Below, in pieces: positions 26,399 through 38,666 of a stretch of DNA of 64,000 nt (position 1 is its first letter; each line of letters opens with the position of its first letter). The notes beneath the pieces are model-generated. The model saw only the letters and a list, made by a program, of their open reading frames with translations. It made no database searches and was not told the DNA's origin. Position numbers and translations under genes: made by a program. The stretch covers positions 94,071-158,070 of the forward strand of contig NMRA01000163.1 of NCBI GenBank assembly GCA_002633005.1. The letters run 5' to 3'. The DNA comes from Phoronis australis. Taxonomy: Eukaryota; Animalia; Phoronida.

Positions 26399-27135
26399 CT
26401 TAAAAGTGATAAACCAAAAGTTAATTGACTAAAAATCAAATAGAAATATCAAAATATATGGGTGCTGAAAATATTCGGTAAAGATTCATTTTAATTCGAC
26501 ATTCCATCAATCTTGTATTAGAGCTCAAAATCACTTATTCAACAACTGACCAACATACTTTAGAAAACCCAATTAGTTTGAAAATGAGCATTTCTATGAA
26601 CGGAAATTGACGTAACATTAATGTGTTTCATTCTTCACACAGATTATAAATATAGTTTCGTCCATACACTGTACTTTGGTGGCCTATGACTGAAGTTGTT
26701 TGCAGTTTTTATAAAAAGTTAAGTGTGCTCCCAAGAAACCCTTGAGATATTTTCTCATTAGACATCAGACGAAAATAACTTCTCGCCACCGAGTGCTCCA
26801 GCGGTTAGTATTAATCGCACATCAAAACCGTGAGCTTTTTGTACATGTATAGATTTTTTGTACAGGCATGTTATTTTTGGGATAACGGGTGATTTTATTT
26901 CGTTATTGTTGCTATGCAATGAGTGATAAATAGTTTCAATAGGTGACTTGTTCGGTTAACGTAAAGTAGACGGACAGCTGCGACCGCAATCCCAGGGCTG
27001 CCGTTTCCTTCTCCCCGTGTAGTTAAAGAGCCCTTGACACAATTTCAGTTTTAGGCAATAGATATGAAGGGAATGCCTTTTTGTTGTTTGTGGTAGTAGG
27101 GTGTGGGTTCGGCGTGACATGTGCAACTTACTCAC

Positions 27136-27160
27136 CAGGGTCTGAACAGTCAGTGTGGAC
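27136..27160 (-). CDS. PAN-FReD gene copy B, exon 2 (25-nt micro-exon)
   Basis: ttgcag|...|gtgagt. Supplies the DCSD start of the fibrinogen domain and converts phase 0 to phase 1, so 276+25+605=906 nt is in frame. Confidence 0.9.
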
Positions 27161-29843
27161 CTGCAATGTAACAAAAGGAATATTCAGAATTGGCTTGGTT
27201 GTCCAGGACATGCGCATTCATTATTAAACGCTAACTAAAGCATGCCGTACTAATCAGTCAGTTTTGAAACAAACACGCACTCGTGTGTTTTGCCAGCCGG
27301 AAAAGACTTTCGTAAAACGAATCCTGCAAAACGTACATAGCATGCAAACTGCAATATTGATAAGATCTAACCTGTGTGCGAGCGTTGCTGGTTACTCGCA
27401 TAAAATGAGTTACGAATGATTTTCAAACGAACAAAACACCCACAATCAGCAGTTTTTGTATGAAGATGTGACGAGTTCAGTGTACCATCTGGTGACTATT
27501 CAAGGTGACATATACGTCAGATCAAAGAACCCGGGGCTGCTATACGTCCACTGGGTGGGTTTTCAAATTCGCATTATTCACCTAACGCTTGAAAAACGCT
27601 CCATCGCCACTAGTCATATACATGTAGCACAATTTCAAACTTCATGATAATAGACCAGTATCACGGAGTCTTCATTTGTGGGCAAGAAAAGGTAACCAAT
27701 GTTCATGGTTACCACAGTGCTTTCTAGGTATCTCAATGTTGGGGATGTGGTCAAGGGAGCCATGAAAATGACATCTGATAACCACTTAAACTACTTGCGA
27801 TGCCCAGAACTCAGATCAGTGTATCAAAATTATCCATTGCCAGACAATTCAGACGGTTAAAAATGGGTCGGAAATTGAGCTAGATCCACCCATGGGGTAA
27901 TCGTACGAAACCATTCATTGACCAATGAACCTTGCCAGACAATTTCAGTAATGGATTAACCCCGCCTCACACGCAAAAAGCTACTAATTGACCTAGACCA
28001 GGTAACCGGTGGAAACAAATTGTATGATATCCAGTAACACTCCTCGTGGTGCAACGATTATTTTCCAGAGAGTTTCAATGGTGGACTATCCCTTCCAGAT
28101 ATACTAGAGAGGGCCTGGATACCTTAGGCGCCCCTGTCATACAGCCTCTGCAATCAAATCAATGACGGGAAAGGCATTTGTCGGAAAACGATTTTACATT
28201 CACATTTAGCGTTTACTTACAAAATCGCCACTGTACAAGAGCACTTATACGCCGAAAAATGTAACAACTGTTACAGTTTACGTCTTTGTAAATATTTAGG
28301 TTGCTAGGACACTCCTTAAAATGTAACAAGTTGTTACATCTTATGTAATTGTTACAATATACGTCGAATACACATGTGAGAAATGTACCATGCATTTTAC
28401 GAAAGCGACATCATATTGCATGAGTTTGCTTGGTATTTGTCACACGGTTTCTTAACGGCTTCTTTCTCGGAATGTTTGAATGAAATTCTGTCAAATGTGC
28501 CAGCTCGAATTTGTAGATGTGTCCTTACGTGCTTTCCATTTTTTAACACGAATAGCTTCTTGGTATAGTCAAAAATGTACCCCGTACAGTTTTATCTGCA
28601 GAAGAAAGGAATTTCCAAGATCAGGTAGCAAGTTTTTTTTATTATTAAAACCTTCTTGCAATCTTTTGTTGGTGCTCACCGCCCATGGGCCCATGCAACT
28701 TGCTGCCGTTGTTACTTTTTATTGACAGTCTATGGTCTTGAGCAAAACGCCTAACAGTTGTCATTGTCATTATTGATGTCTGTAATGTCAACCAACTTGC
28801 CGTATTGATAATTTTTATCGATAGTTTATGGGTCTTGAGCAAAATGTCTGACTGTTGCTGTTGTGTTTATTGATGATCAGATGTTTGTGAAGTAGAGCGA
28901 CTTTCCTTTTGTTAAAAATAACATTTGATCATGGGGTTGAAACAATGCATGACTGTACAGCTTAAACTATGTTCCCGTACCTAAAAACCTAGTTGGTTTC
29001 CCGGGCCACAAAGCTTATGCGGTGCAGCCAAGTTGAGTTTTTTGGTCCTGCCATTGAGTCATTTAGTCCAGCCATTGGGCTTTTGGTTCACCTATCTAGT
29101 TTAGTGGTGGTGTCACTACGTTTTTAGGTTCCACCGCTATAGTTTAAACGATGCGACAACGAGTTATCTTTGCCCCTGCCTTGTTGATTGAGATCATATC
29201 ACATTAATTACAAAAATTATTGACAAGCACATGATGCTGTTTGTTAATTGTTCACAAGTAAATATAAATGTGGTTTTCGATGACAATCGTGTTTTCCCTG
29301 GTACTGAAAAACAACATCTGCATGCCCGAACTTACCGGGCAGTCTTCCAAATCAGAACATCTTTGTGAATAATATATTCTTTATTGAAATATATACTCCT
29401 TTGAAAACTAATTTATTAATATGTATTGTCATGATCAGATATTTTTCAGTTGTATCAAAACAATCAAATACAAAATCTGTGCTTATCTCGAAGTTTACGT
29501 CCGGAAATTCTGTAGATTTGCACTCCTTTCTCCCGAGCAATTTGTTTTGTTACAAAACTGCTCGAAAAGTGCATTGTAACCTAAATATCAAACCTGTACT
29601 ACTGAGTTGCGCACCCGACTTATACCCAAAATACAGAATTTCTCACTAGAAACTGAGTGAAGATACATCCAACCGAGCCGGCGTATACCTGGGGCGAAAG
29701 TACGTAATACCCGAGTCCCCCCTGCATACCCCTGGATATACTGTAGTTGCTTCAAAACATCTGTTAATGATATGATACCTTTTCTAGATGTTCTTATCTG
29801 TAAGTCAGACACAAAATTCAGCACATCAGTTTATCACAAGACT

Positions 29844-30839
29844 CATAGGCGGATTTAGGGGGGGCCCAGGGGGCCCGGGCCCCCCCCTTGGCTGCCGAAA
29901 AAAAATAAAACAGTAAGAGCGAAGGGAAATAAATGTTGAGTTTATTAATTAACCCCGGTAATTAAAAGTATACGGATGAAAAAAGATTTAAATGCGTGCA
30001 GTTTTAGTGTTGGGGGGGCTCAAATCCAATTTCAAGTGTCAAATTCGGAACACGGCGCATTCGTAACGGAACTATGGCTAAGTATAGGCTCTCCCGCGAT
30101 ATCCCAAGCGACCGGCAGTGGCGCTGCGCACTACGACTCAGTTTCCGTCGTCTGCTCCACTGTGCAATGAAGAAAATTTACTTCATTTTTTAAAGAAAAT
30201 GGAACTTGAGTGACGATGAAAAAACAGAAGCTGCTGGTAAGATGGGAATTTTAATAGAAGCCTCAGTGAATCACTCAGAAACTCGCAATACTCTCTTTGT
30301 CAAACCTTATGTTAAGACGATTTCCAAAGCAATCCCCGGTCATTATTGCCAACACGAATAACGGATTTGGTCTATTTTAATACGACAAATTTGTTAAGAA
30401 TCGATGGCACAAAATGTGTAATAAGCATTACAAAAGGAAGTAGGTTTCGCGCGCAAACGCTGTGGACCATAAACAAGTACGTCTCATAGTATGAGATTAG
30501 TAGCTAACTCGTGGTGGTGTAGTGGTAACGCACGCGCGCTCCATGCGCAAGGTCGTGAGTTCGAGTCTTTGGTAATTGCAGTTTTTCCTGTTTGACACGT
30601 TCTCCGTGTTTTTTTTTTTTTTGCCTTTTTTTCTTGGTTAATACTTCAGGAATTAAGGAAAATACTTGATTTTTAGAGGTCAAAACAGAAAACTTTCCTG
30701 GGCGGGAGGGGGGCAAACCCCCCTCCCGACCTCCCCCCATTTTGTGCTATGCGCATCTACAATCGTGGTTTAGTTTGCGCAAATGTTTACAGCCGGACAA
30801 AATGTTGCCCCCCCTTGTGATATCCTAGATCCGCCACTG
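29844..30839 (-). mobile_element. Non-autonomous hAT-like element, copy 2, with 5-bp TSD (hAT5-like)
   Basis: Termini CATAGGCGGATTTAG / CTAGATCCGCCACTG; AGACT at 29839-29843 and 30840-30844. Confidence 0.85.
30511..30570 (+). other. tRNA-derived Pol III A/B-box segment inside the hAT-like element
   Basis: GGTGTAGTGGTA ... GAGTTCGAGTC; no complete cloverleaf. Confidence 0.55.
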
Positions 30840-30899
30840 AGACTACAGACAAAGGTATTTGTCTCCATGCTGACAGCGACTGTCCTGAGCGATATAAGA

Positions 30900-31930
30900 T
30901 CATATCTGTTTCAGTCAATCTCTTAAAAAGAGCTCACAGTGTTTCATCAGACTGGAACTTGTTTATATGTGAAGTTCACCATGTAAAGCAACCTCTAATA
31001 AATATTGGTTACACAAATTCATTTGTGGATAAGCACATTACATGTACCAACATTTACTGGTAATGTTAAAAAACTATACTACAAAAACTGTATGTCCGAA
31101 AATTACATGTATGTTCAAGATGAGAAAATTCTAAAGAACATCAGCTCTATTAATGTAAGCGTTGTTCATCCTAAAACAAGCTAGATAAAATTATTTACTA
31201 CAAGAATACGGATACTTCTAATTTAGTGATTAAAAATATTAGTCGTGAGAAGGACCGCACTGTTGCAGGATGTTACGTTTTGTATTTATCTCATGCGCTT
31301 CGAATTCCTTAGTTTCTTACATTTTTCGCAAGATTTTTCAAATAACAACGGTAACTGTGCAGTGAACTTGTAACATCTCCTGGAACTAGTTAAAAAACAA
31401 CATTTGATATTTTAGTTTCCTAGGAATCGGCGCCTGAGTTGCAGACGATATGGTATTCAGCAATTGAAAACCGAGACATAAGTGTCTTATACTTAACAGT
31501 TTTGTTCCAGATTTTACGTTTAGGACCTGGTTGCATGTCGAGTGTTAGTTACACTGCTGCAACTGTATTACTTTAAACTATATTCGGAAAGTTTGAGTAT
31601 CGAACCGGCTGAAGACGTCGAGTCGACATATGACCTACCTTTTGAACTTTCCATGTCAGAGGTCTCTGTTGAAGTAGTGCGGGAGGTGAATACGGAAAAC
31701 TTTATTACATGGCCGTATTCCCCTCGACAGATTCAGCGCGTATGGGATAAATACAGAAGTTTAGCTCTTCCATGTCACATCACACAATTTGACGCGTATT
31801 TCAAGGCCATACCATCACGCGCATAGGATAAGTTGGATTTTATTTGCACCGTTGGGATAAAAACACAAGGTCTCTTTTTAGAGAGTTTGAAAGAACTGAA
31901 ATTAAACTCTAAAGCAGAACAGAGTCGTGT
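30900..31930 (+). mobile_element. Penelope-like retroelement remnant interrupted by a dispersed repeat
   Basis: EVHHVKQPLINIGYTNSFVDK (Penelope RT tail-like) and LFLESLKELKLNSKAE (GIY-YIG tail-like). Confidence 0.45.
31340..31752 (+). repeat. About 400-bp dispersed repeat, copy 1
   Basis: Direct, high-identity match to about 60972-61375. Confidence 0.9.
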
Positions 31931-32469
31931 CTACAGTGAAGTATGCATACGAGAAAGATTACTGCCAAATTATAGTTATTTCTGTATCTGTATACCTTGG
32001 TCACTGTACAGGAACAATACTGAAGGTACTACAACAAACAAGAGCAACACTTAGAGTAGATATGTGCACACCATGTGCATCATATACAGCGCAGCTACAA
32101 GGGATGATCATTACTTTAAACATTCCTGCTAAAGGGAGCAATGCTATTAAATTTATGACAGCCTTTAGGTGGGTTAGCAACGGTCTTCTAACAGGAACGA
32201 AGCTGCGACCTTTCATCATTTTTATCAGGATTCTTCAAGCGGTTGAAGGATGGGGAAGCAAACTGCAGAAACCGGACACCGCAATAACTGTAATTCAACT
32301 GCCTCTGAAAAGAGGCACACGCTATATTCTACTTGACTGTAAGATATATATCGATTTTAAGAGACTTCAATTGAAGTAATTGCAGCTTCTTCGATCGTAT
32401 GTTAGACTTACATTTTTTACCAAAAATAACATTTCCTACACCTGTCTTTCAAAGTTTATGACCGAAAAC

Positions 32470-32680
32470 AGGGCCCAGTCCTCAAACAATGGCATATTAT
32501 TTAGCAATCTTTCCGATCATTGCCATATATCCATATCTCTCAGTTTACGTATGACAATGCCATAAAATCTAAGTACACTATCATTAAACCTTGCTCCCTC
32601 AGTCCGAGGTAAATTTTAGGAATGACAATACATTCTATGACACTATTAAAGCGTTCGACCCTTAGGTAAACCAATCTTTG
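32470..32680 (+). mobile_element. Collapsed remnant of the same CR1/L2 insertion seen at 15070-17300
   Basis: 32470-32620 matches 15070-15220, and 32641-32680 matches 15901-15940. Confidence 0.8.
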
Positions 32681-32683
32681 AAT

Positions 32684-32739
<56 letters not shown>

Positions 32740-32808
32740 CCTCTCTCCCTCCCTCCCTCCCTCTCTTTCTCACTCTCCGTCTCCCTCTCTACCTCTCCCC
32801 CCTCTCTC
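32684..32808. repeat. (CT)n / CCCT microsatellite
   Basis: Read directly. Confidence 0.95.
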
Positions 32809-33588
32809 TTTTGTAAGTACATGTACCATTCTGTTGATATTCTGACTAGTGCACTTTCTTATGTGGCTAGGTTACATTTCCCTGAGTTTTTGCATAATGT
32901 TTTACTTCGTTTTATTTGCCACAAGGTGTACCTGCTATTCAGGTTATGTTTATATATAAAATATGTTTTCTTTATTGTTTTCCTGTTTGTCAGAATCAAA
33001 ATTTATTAGATGTCAGTAAAGATTGCAAATTCCAATTAAGATGCACACAATTTGTGCGTATGAACTTTAAAACCATGGGTTAAAACTCGTTTACATGTGT
33101 TTTTGACATCATCATCTATATTTAGATGATGTTTAGTATTTTGGTTCTGGGGTCATTGGACTCCAAAGATTCTAAAAATTCCTGAGGTCAACTCCTGACA
33201 CCCAATGATAAGACTAAATAAGATCATGAGGTTTTTATAAGCCAATCGTTACGTAAGTACATATTATAATGGGGGCAGAAGTTTGGAATCTTTTAGCTGC
33301 AAGATAAATAATTCTGGGTTTTGCGATGTTTGAAAGTACTTGAACAAACTAAGAGGAAACATGCAGCTGTTCTGGTAACGTGACTACTAATATAATGTCT
33401 CAGCACGTTGATATTTAACATTTACATGACAAAAGTACGCCTTTAAAAAAACTGGCAACGACACTTCCTTGGACGGTATATTGGGCGTAGATGGTGAAAA
33501 TGCTCGGTGTTTGTATTGCTGCCTCAATTTGAAGTACTACATGTACAACCGTAGCACACGAAAACCTCATCATACCTAAAAAACCTAC

Positions 33589-33864
33589 CTTAGTTCCTCG
33601 TACATTATCCCCTGGTGGAGTTGAGAGGTGCACGCTGTGACATTGTTGATAATACTTTGTCTCTGTGACGTAAATATAAGAAACGCACAATTTTTCGTTA
33701 TTACATAACTGGGAACACTCCGTAGAAGATCTCACTCGCTGTTGGTAAGTTCCAGAACAAGTTGTCAAAGATGTTGTCTCTTGAGCGTACTCTACAAAGA
33801 CATTGCCCGTAACTGAGGCAAAACAGAATATCAGCAACATCCCTGCATTACCGTAGACAGACAT
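33589..33864 (-). CDS. PAN-FReD gene copy B, exon 1 (signal peptide + PAN/Apple-like domain, 92 aa)
   Basis: ATG at 33864, hydrophobic leader, ECSQLC...CVSYIY motif, phase-0 donor AAG|gtaggt. Confidence 0.9.
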
Positions 33865-35157
33865 TTTTCTTTAGCAATGTATCAGTCTATGCAGCAACAT
33901 TCGATTTTTTCAAAAACAAGATGCTATCATCATACACGACGTGAGTCCGTTTTGTTTACAGCATAGTCAATGAAATTATGGATGATTTGTCCTTGAACGT
34001 TGGTTCTTGGTGTGGACACAAAACGACTTTTTCTTCCCCGGTAACTATTATTAATTGGAATCGATATGGCCTTTAGAGTTTGACACAAGCATTCCCATCG
34101 CAATAACATCAATGCTATTGATTTTGGGTTTATATTAAACACTATGTTGGGCCTAGGTTTAATTATCGATAACGCTGTGCGTGGTCATGATGAACACTTT
34201 TCGTAATAATTAGGAACATTATTTCAACCATTATCTGTCGCAACCACGAACACTCCCTTCTGGTCAAACACTATTATAATTGGCGATCAAAGGTATTAAC
34301 CTTAAGAACATGCTTAACTATGTCGGCAGAATCGATCACGCTGTCAGAAATGCGCTGAATGTACATGTAGGAAAACAAAGAAAAGTTCAGATGCTTATAG
34401 ACAGAATCGATCAAGTTACATTGCACATGTACCTGTATCAAGGTCAGAAATGCGCTCAACCCAGTAAAAACAAATAAGGTTCATACTGACAATATATTGC
34501 AAGTTACACAATTAAGCAAATTTTACACAACTCAATATTTTCGCTGTTCAAAAAAAATCTGAATTTCATTTCAGTTTCACAAAAAATAATATATCTGATA
34601 GTGTGGAGGAAATTTGCACCCCCTGTGGTGACAGATGGATGGGCTGAATAATGTTTGGTTAAGCACTAAAATTGAAAGCTTGCTTGTATCCTAAGCAAGT
34701 TAGCCGGCAAATAAGAATTGAATGTGACCATAAACCGACCACGACTTTGAACTTAAAACGGTTTTTAATTTATTACCGTTGGTAACATCAGTTTGTATGA
34801 CCAAAGATATCTCGTGGTGTTAATGGCATCCCAATCCTAATGAAAAATGTGCTAATTGTACCAGATCAGATACAACGTAAAACGCTGGCATTTTCAATTT
34901 CCGGCAATTCCACTCTTCTTAAATTGTTTGAAAGTCATCAGGCTGTTAATTGATGGGCCAAGGAGGAGTAGTTCAAACGGGACATGTTGATGGAAGGTCG
35001 AATAGAGTGATATTATTATGGCTGCTGTGCCAGCGGGGTTGGGTGTTGTTCTAAAATCACCCTCGGGGCTAACGCCGCCCGGGCGATAACTCTCTAAAAT
35101 CCACTCGGCCTCTAGATAACAGGGGATAACGACTTCGCCATGTAATAATCTGTATAC

Positions 35158-36255
35158 CGGTGTATATTTTGATTCATGCCGTTGTTTTGCCTTAAACTAG
35201 CTTCGGGAGCCGCGCGTTTCGCTGCCCTTCCACTGTATCAATGTAGCGCATATAAAACGCATTAAAAACTCACGCTGCGCTAATTACACGTAGGTTGAAT
35301 CAAATTCACAAAATCCAAACGGGAATCAATTAAGTTAGCGGGGTGAATTTTAACATAGAAACAAACGCTCAACTCCATTTCGTCCATGCTTTCATCATAT
35401 GTAGGCCTAATTACTCCAAATCGCAGCATTAAAAACAAAGGGTCCCACACCAAACACCAAACACCAGCGGGCTTTAAAACCAGTAATCAATGTTAAAAGA
35501 TTCATTTGATTAATGACCGATTCATTAAGTATCAGTAGACGGATCCACCGACCACAGTACAGCTAACAATCGGCAAAGCTGGGGTCAGCCATTGAGAACC
35601 ATGTTTAGTCTAATAAATCACATTAGGGATGAGAGCAATTGGGTGAAGTATGACATCACAAAGTTTAGTGGTTTAGGAGATACCAGAGTNTTTAACCGCC
35701 CAGGGCGTTAACCCGAACGTTTACGGTGTATATTTTGATTCATGCCGTTGTTTTGCCTTAAACTAGCTTCGGGAGCCGCGCGTTTCGCTGCCCTTCCACT
35801 GTATCAGTGTAGCGCATATAAAACGCATTAAAAACTCACGCTGCGCTAATTACACGTAGGTTGAATCAAATTCACAAAATCCAAACGGGAATCAATTAAG
35901 TTAGCGGGGTGAATTTCAACATAGAAACAAACGCTCAACTCCATTTCGTCCATGCTTTCATCATATGTAGGCCTAATTACTCCAAATCGCATCATTAAAA
36001 ACAAAGGGTCCCACACCAAACACCAAACACCAGCGGGCTTTAAAACCAGTAATCAATGTTAAAAGATTCATTTGATTAATGACCGATTCATTAAGTATCA
36101 GTAGACGGATCCACCGACCACAGTACAGCTAACAATCGGCAAAGCTGGGGTCAGCCATTGAGAACCATGTTTAGTCTAATAAATCACATTAGGGATGAGA
36201 GCAATTGGGTGAAGTATGACATCACAAAGTTTAGTGGTTTAGGAGATACCAGAGT
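35158..36255. repeat. About 530-bp near-identical tandem duplication around N at 35690 (probable uncollapsed haplotype overlap)
   Basis: 35158-35689 vs 35724-36255 differ at only a few positions; the first copy ends exactly at the N. Confidence 0.9.
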
Positions 36256-38540
36256 AGTCCGTTCTGGGGGGCAAAATGATGCAATTTCTTGATGCGGAAT
36301 GAGTAATTCTCTCAGTTTCTGCTTCAAACAGAATCATTTCTGAATAATTTTGATATAAAATGATAGGTTCCCGACCAATGTAAGCAAAAACGGCACCGAT
36401 ACTAAAATATCGGTTACCATGGTAACACCGGAGTTTTTCCGTGGAGGTACATTTCATGCTTGAGAAAAACCAGCGGTAAGTTATACCCTTATAGCGAAGC
36501 TGCCCCCACCAGAAAACTGAAAATAATAACATGGGCATGTAGAAGACTCCATGCCTTTGAAATTAATACAAAAAACTTTGTCAGCCCTTCATGCAGGCTT
36601 GATAGTAGGTGACTGAGTTTCACTATTTTCAGTCTGCACGTTTGTGTATTTGTTACGTTAAACCAGTCACTAGTTGTGCGTCCTTTGAACGCATTAAAAT
36701 GGCGTGCGTGATATAATACAACAATTAACAGAATTGGTTTGCTTAAACGTTTTTAATTAGTATTAAGGGCACAAGCAGTACCCACTGAAACGTGAAATTA
36801 TACTAGATTTGTTCATCTAACTCTTAATAGCAAACTAAAGCATACAAAATGCGTTAGTTCAATGATGACTGATCTAAAGTGCAGGTTTGCGAATCTGGCA
36901 CTGCCAATCGTATCAAATGTGGCATTTTTACAAATTGCCGAGAGAAACAACTTCGAAAACTCTTTGGAAATGCACAAGGAAATTAGCGAAGCATTTGAGA
37001 ACCTTAAAAGCGAGGGGAGGTGATGTGAAAGAGGTGGAACGTGTCCTCCCGAGTAGTCTGTCTGCCTCTGGGAGGTGCAACAGGACAGCTAGATAATCTA
37101 CCGTAGTAGAATCACTTGCATCGACAGAACCCGCGACATATATTGGCGTTGCCAAAGACCCTGAGTACATCCACTGCACAAAAAAGGGGAAATCCGGCAG
37201 AGGTCTGAAAAATAACAAAAGGCGTAAAATCAAGGTTCAACGTCCTGCTTCGCCTGTGTGAGCTCAGGTGGCCAAACTCCAGGGTCTGCACCCTGAGGAA
37301 TATTCTTAAGAGCACGTCATTCATGCATAAATACGTTTATTGACACACCGTGATTGTTTATAACTTGGGCCTTATTGCTTAATCATTTCTTATTTCAAAT
37401 GTCGTGAAGTATACGCAGTGTATTGTTACACAACGACTACATGACTTCAGAGGTGAACAGCTGATCAAAATGAATGCCATACCAACAGTGTTAGCAATAT
37501 CCTTGTTAATAAGTTTGGTTAAGTTCATCAGTTTTGTTACGCGCGTAGGACTGCAACAGGTACCCGATATCAGAGAACTGTCCAGCGCTGTCATTTGGTT
37601 GTAGACCTCGAATCTTTCCGTTCGGTTCCAACAACGATAAGCGCCACTTAATTTGTTGAAAATCGGCTGACCCCCACCTTGCGGCTAGATGGCTGGTGCT
37701 CTCGGTAGACTAGTAGGCCTACTTCAGGAAAATCTGATACCTTCTATCAAGTACCTGTAATTACCTGTCAATCTTTTCCATTCTTACTGATATTTAGCCT
37801 TATATATTAAGGTGTCCCCTTTCACGCCGGGCCTTCTGTCGGAGGGGTGGCTCGATCGAGGCGATAGCCACTTTGACCCTGTATAATTCAGGCACTGTCA
37901 ACAATTCTCGAAGGAAAGAAGACAAGATTACAAATTCATCGAAAAAACACAATCCAAATTCGTGCAAAGAACATCAGTATCAAGATATTCGCCTCGAACA
38001 ACCAAAAATGATTGTATTGAAAATTTCAAGAGGATAGACAAATTAATTGAAAGAGTATTGCTCATAGCAATGCTTGGAGTTCTGCAGATGAATATTAATA
38101 TGTAAGAATTTAGATTTCCCTGGTCTGGGTTTTCAAAATGTCATACGGATACTTAGAAAGGTTCGGCGGATAGGCAAGTGGACGCCATTGAAGCCAATCG
38201 AGACTCACAAATAATAAAATTGAACACAGGGGGATCAGAATACGTCGGATCCGTCCGAAAGAGCTCAGTCACTATCTCGAAAGAAACCTATTTAAAGGAT
38301 TTCGTAATAATCCGCAAAGGAATTTGGTACACACAGAGCCAAACGGGATTGCAACCAGGGGGCATAGCGATCAGCGCAGATCTGTACGAAAGTCATTGGC
38401 TGTACTTGATCGACTTCCCCGGTTCCGCCGTGTCAACAGACTAAGGCATCCGGAGAAGTTGATCAAGTAGGAACACACTGTGCATCTCAATTAGTATATG
38501 TGACCGCATAATGGTTTAATAAATGCATCACCTCTCTTTC

Positions 38541-38666
<126 letters not shown>

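Noticed and set aside
33415-33588. C-terminal extension of the 149-aa ORF
   Set aside because: Read-through into the intron; the paralog stops shortly after the shared donor site.
36860-38450. Weak THAP-like (FYKLPR...W) and RT-like (WYTQSQTGLQPGG) echoes
   Set aside because: Too degenerate to call without a profile search.
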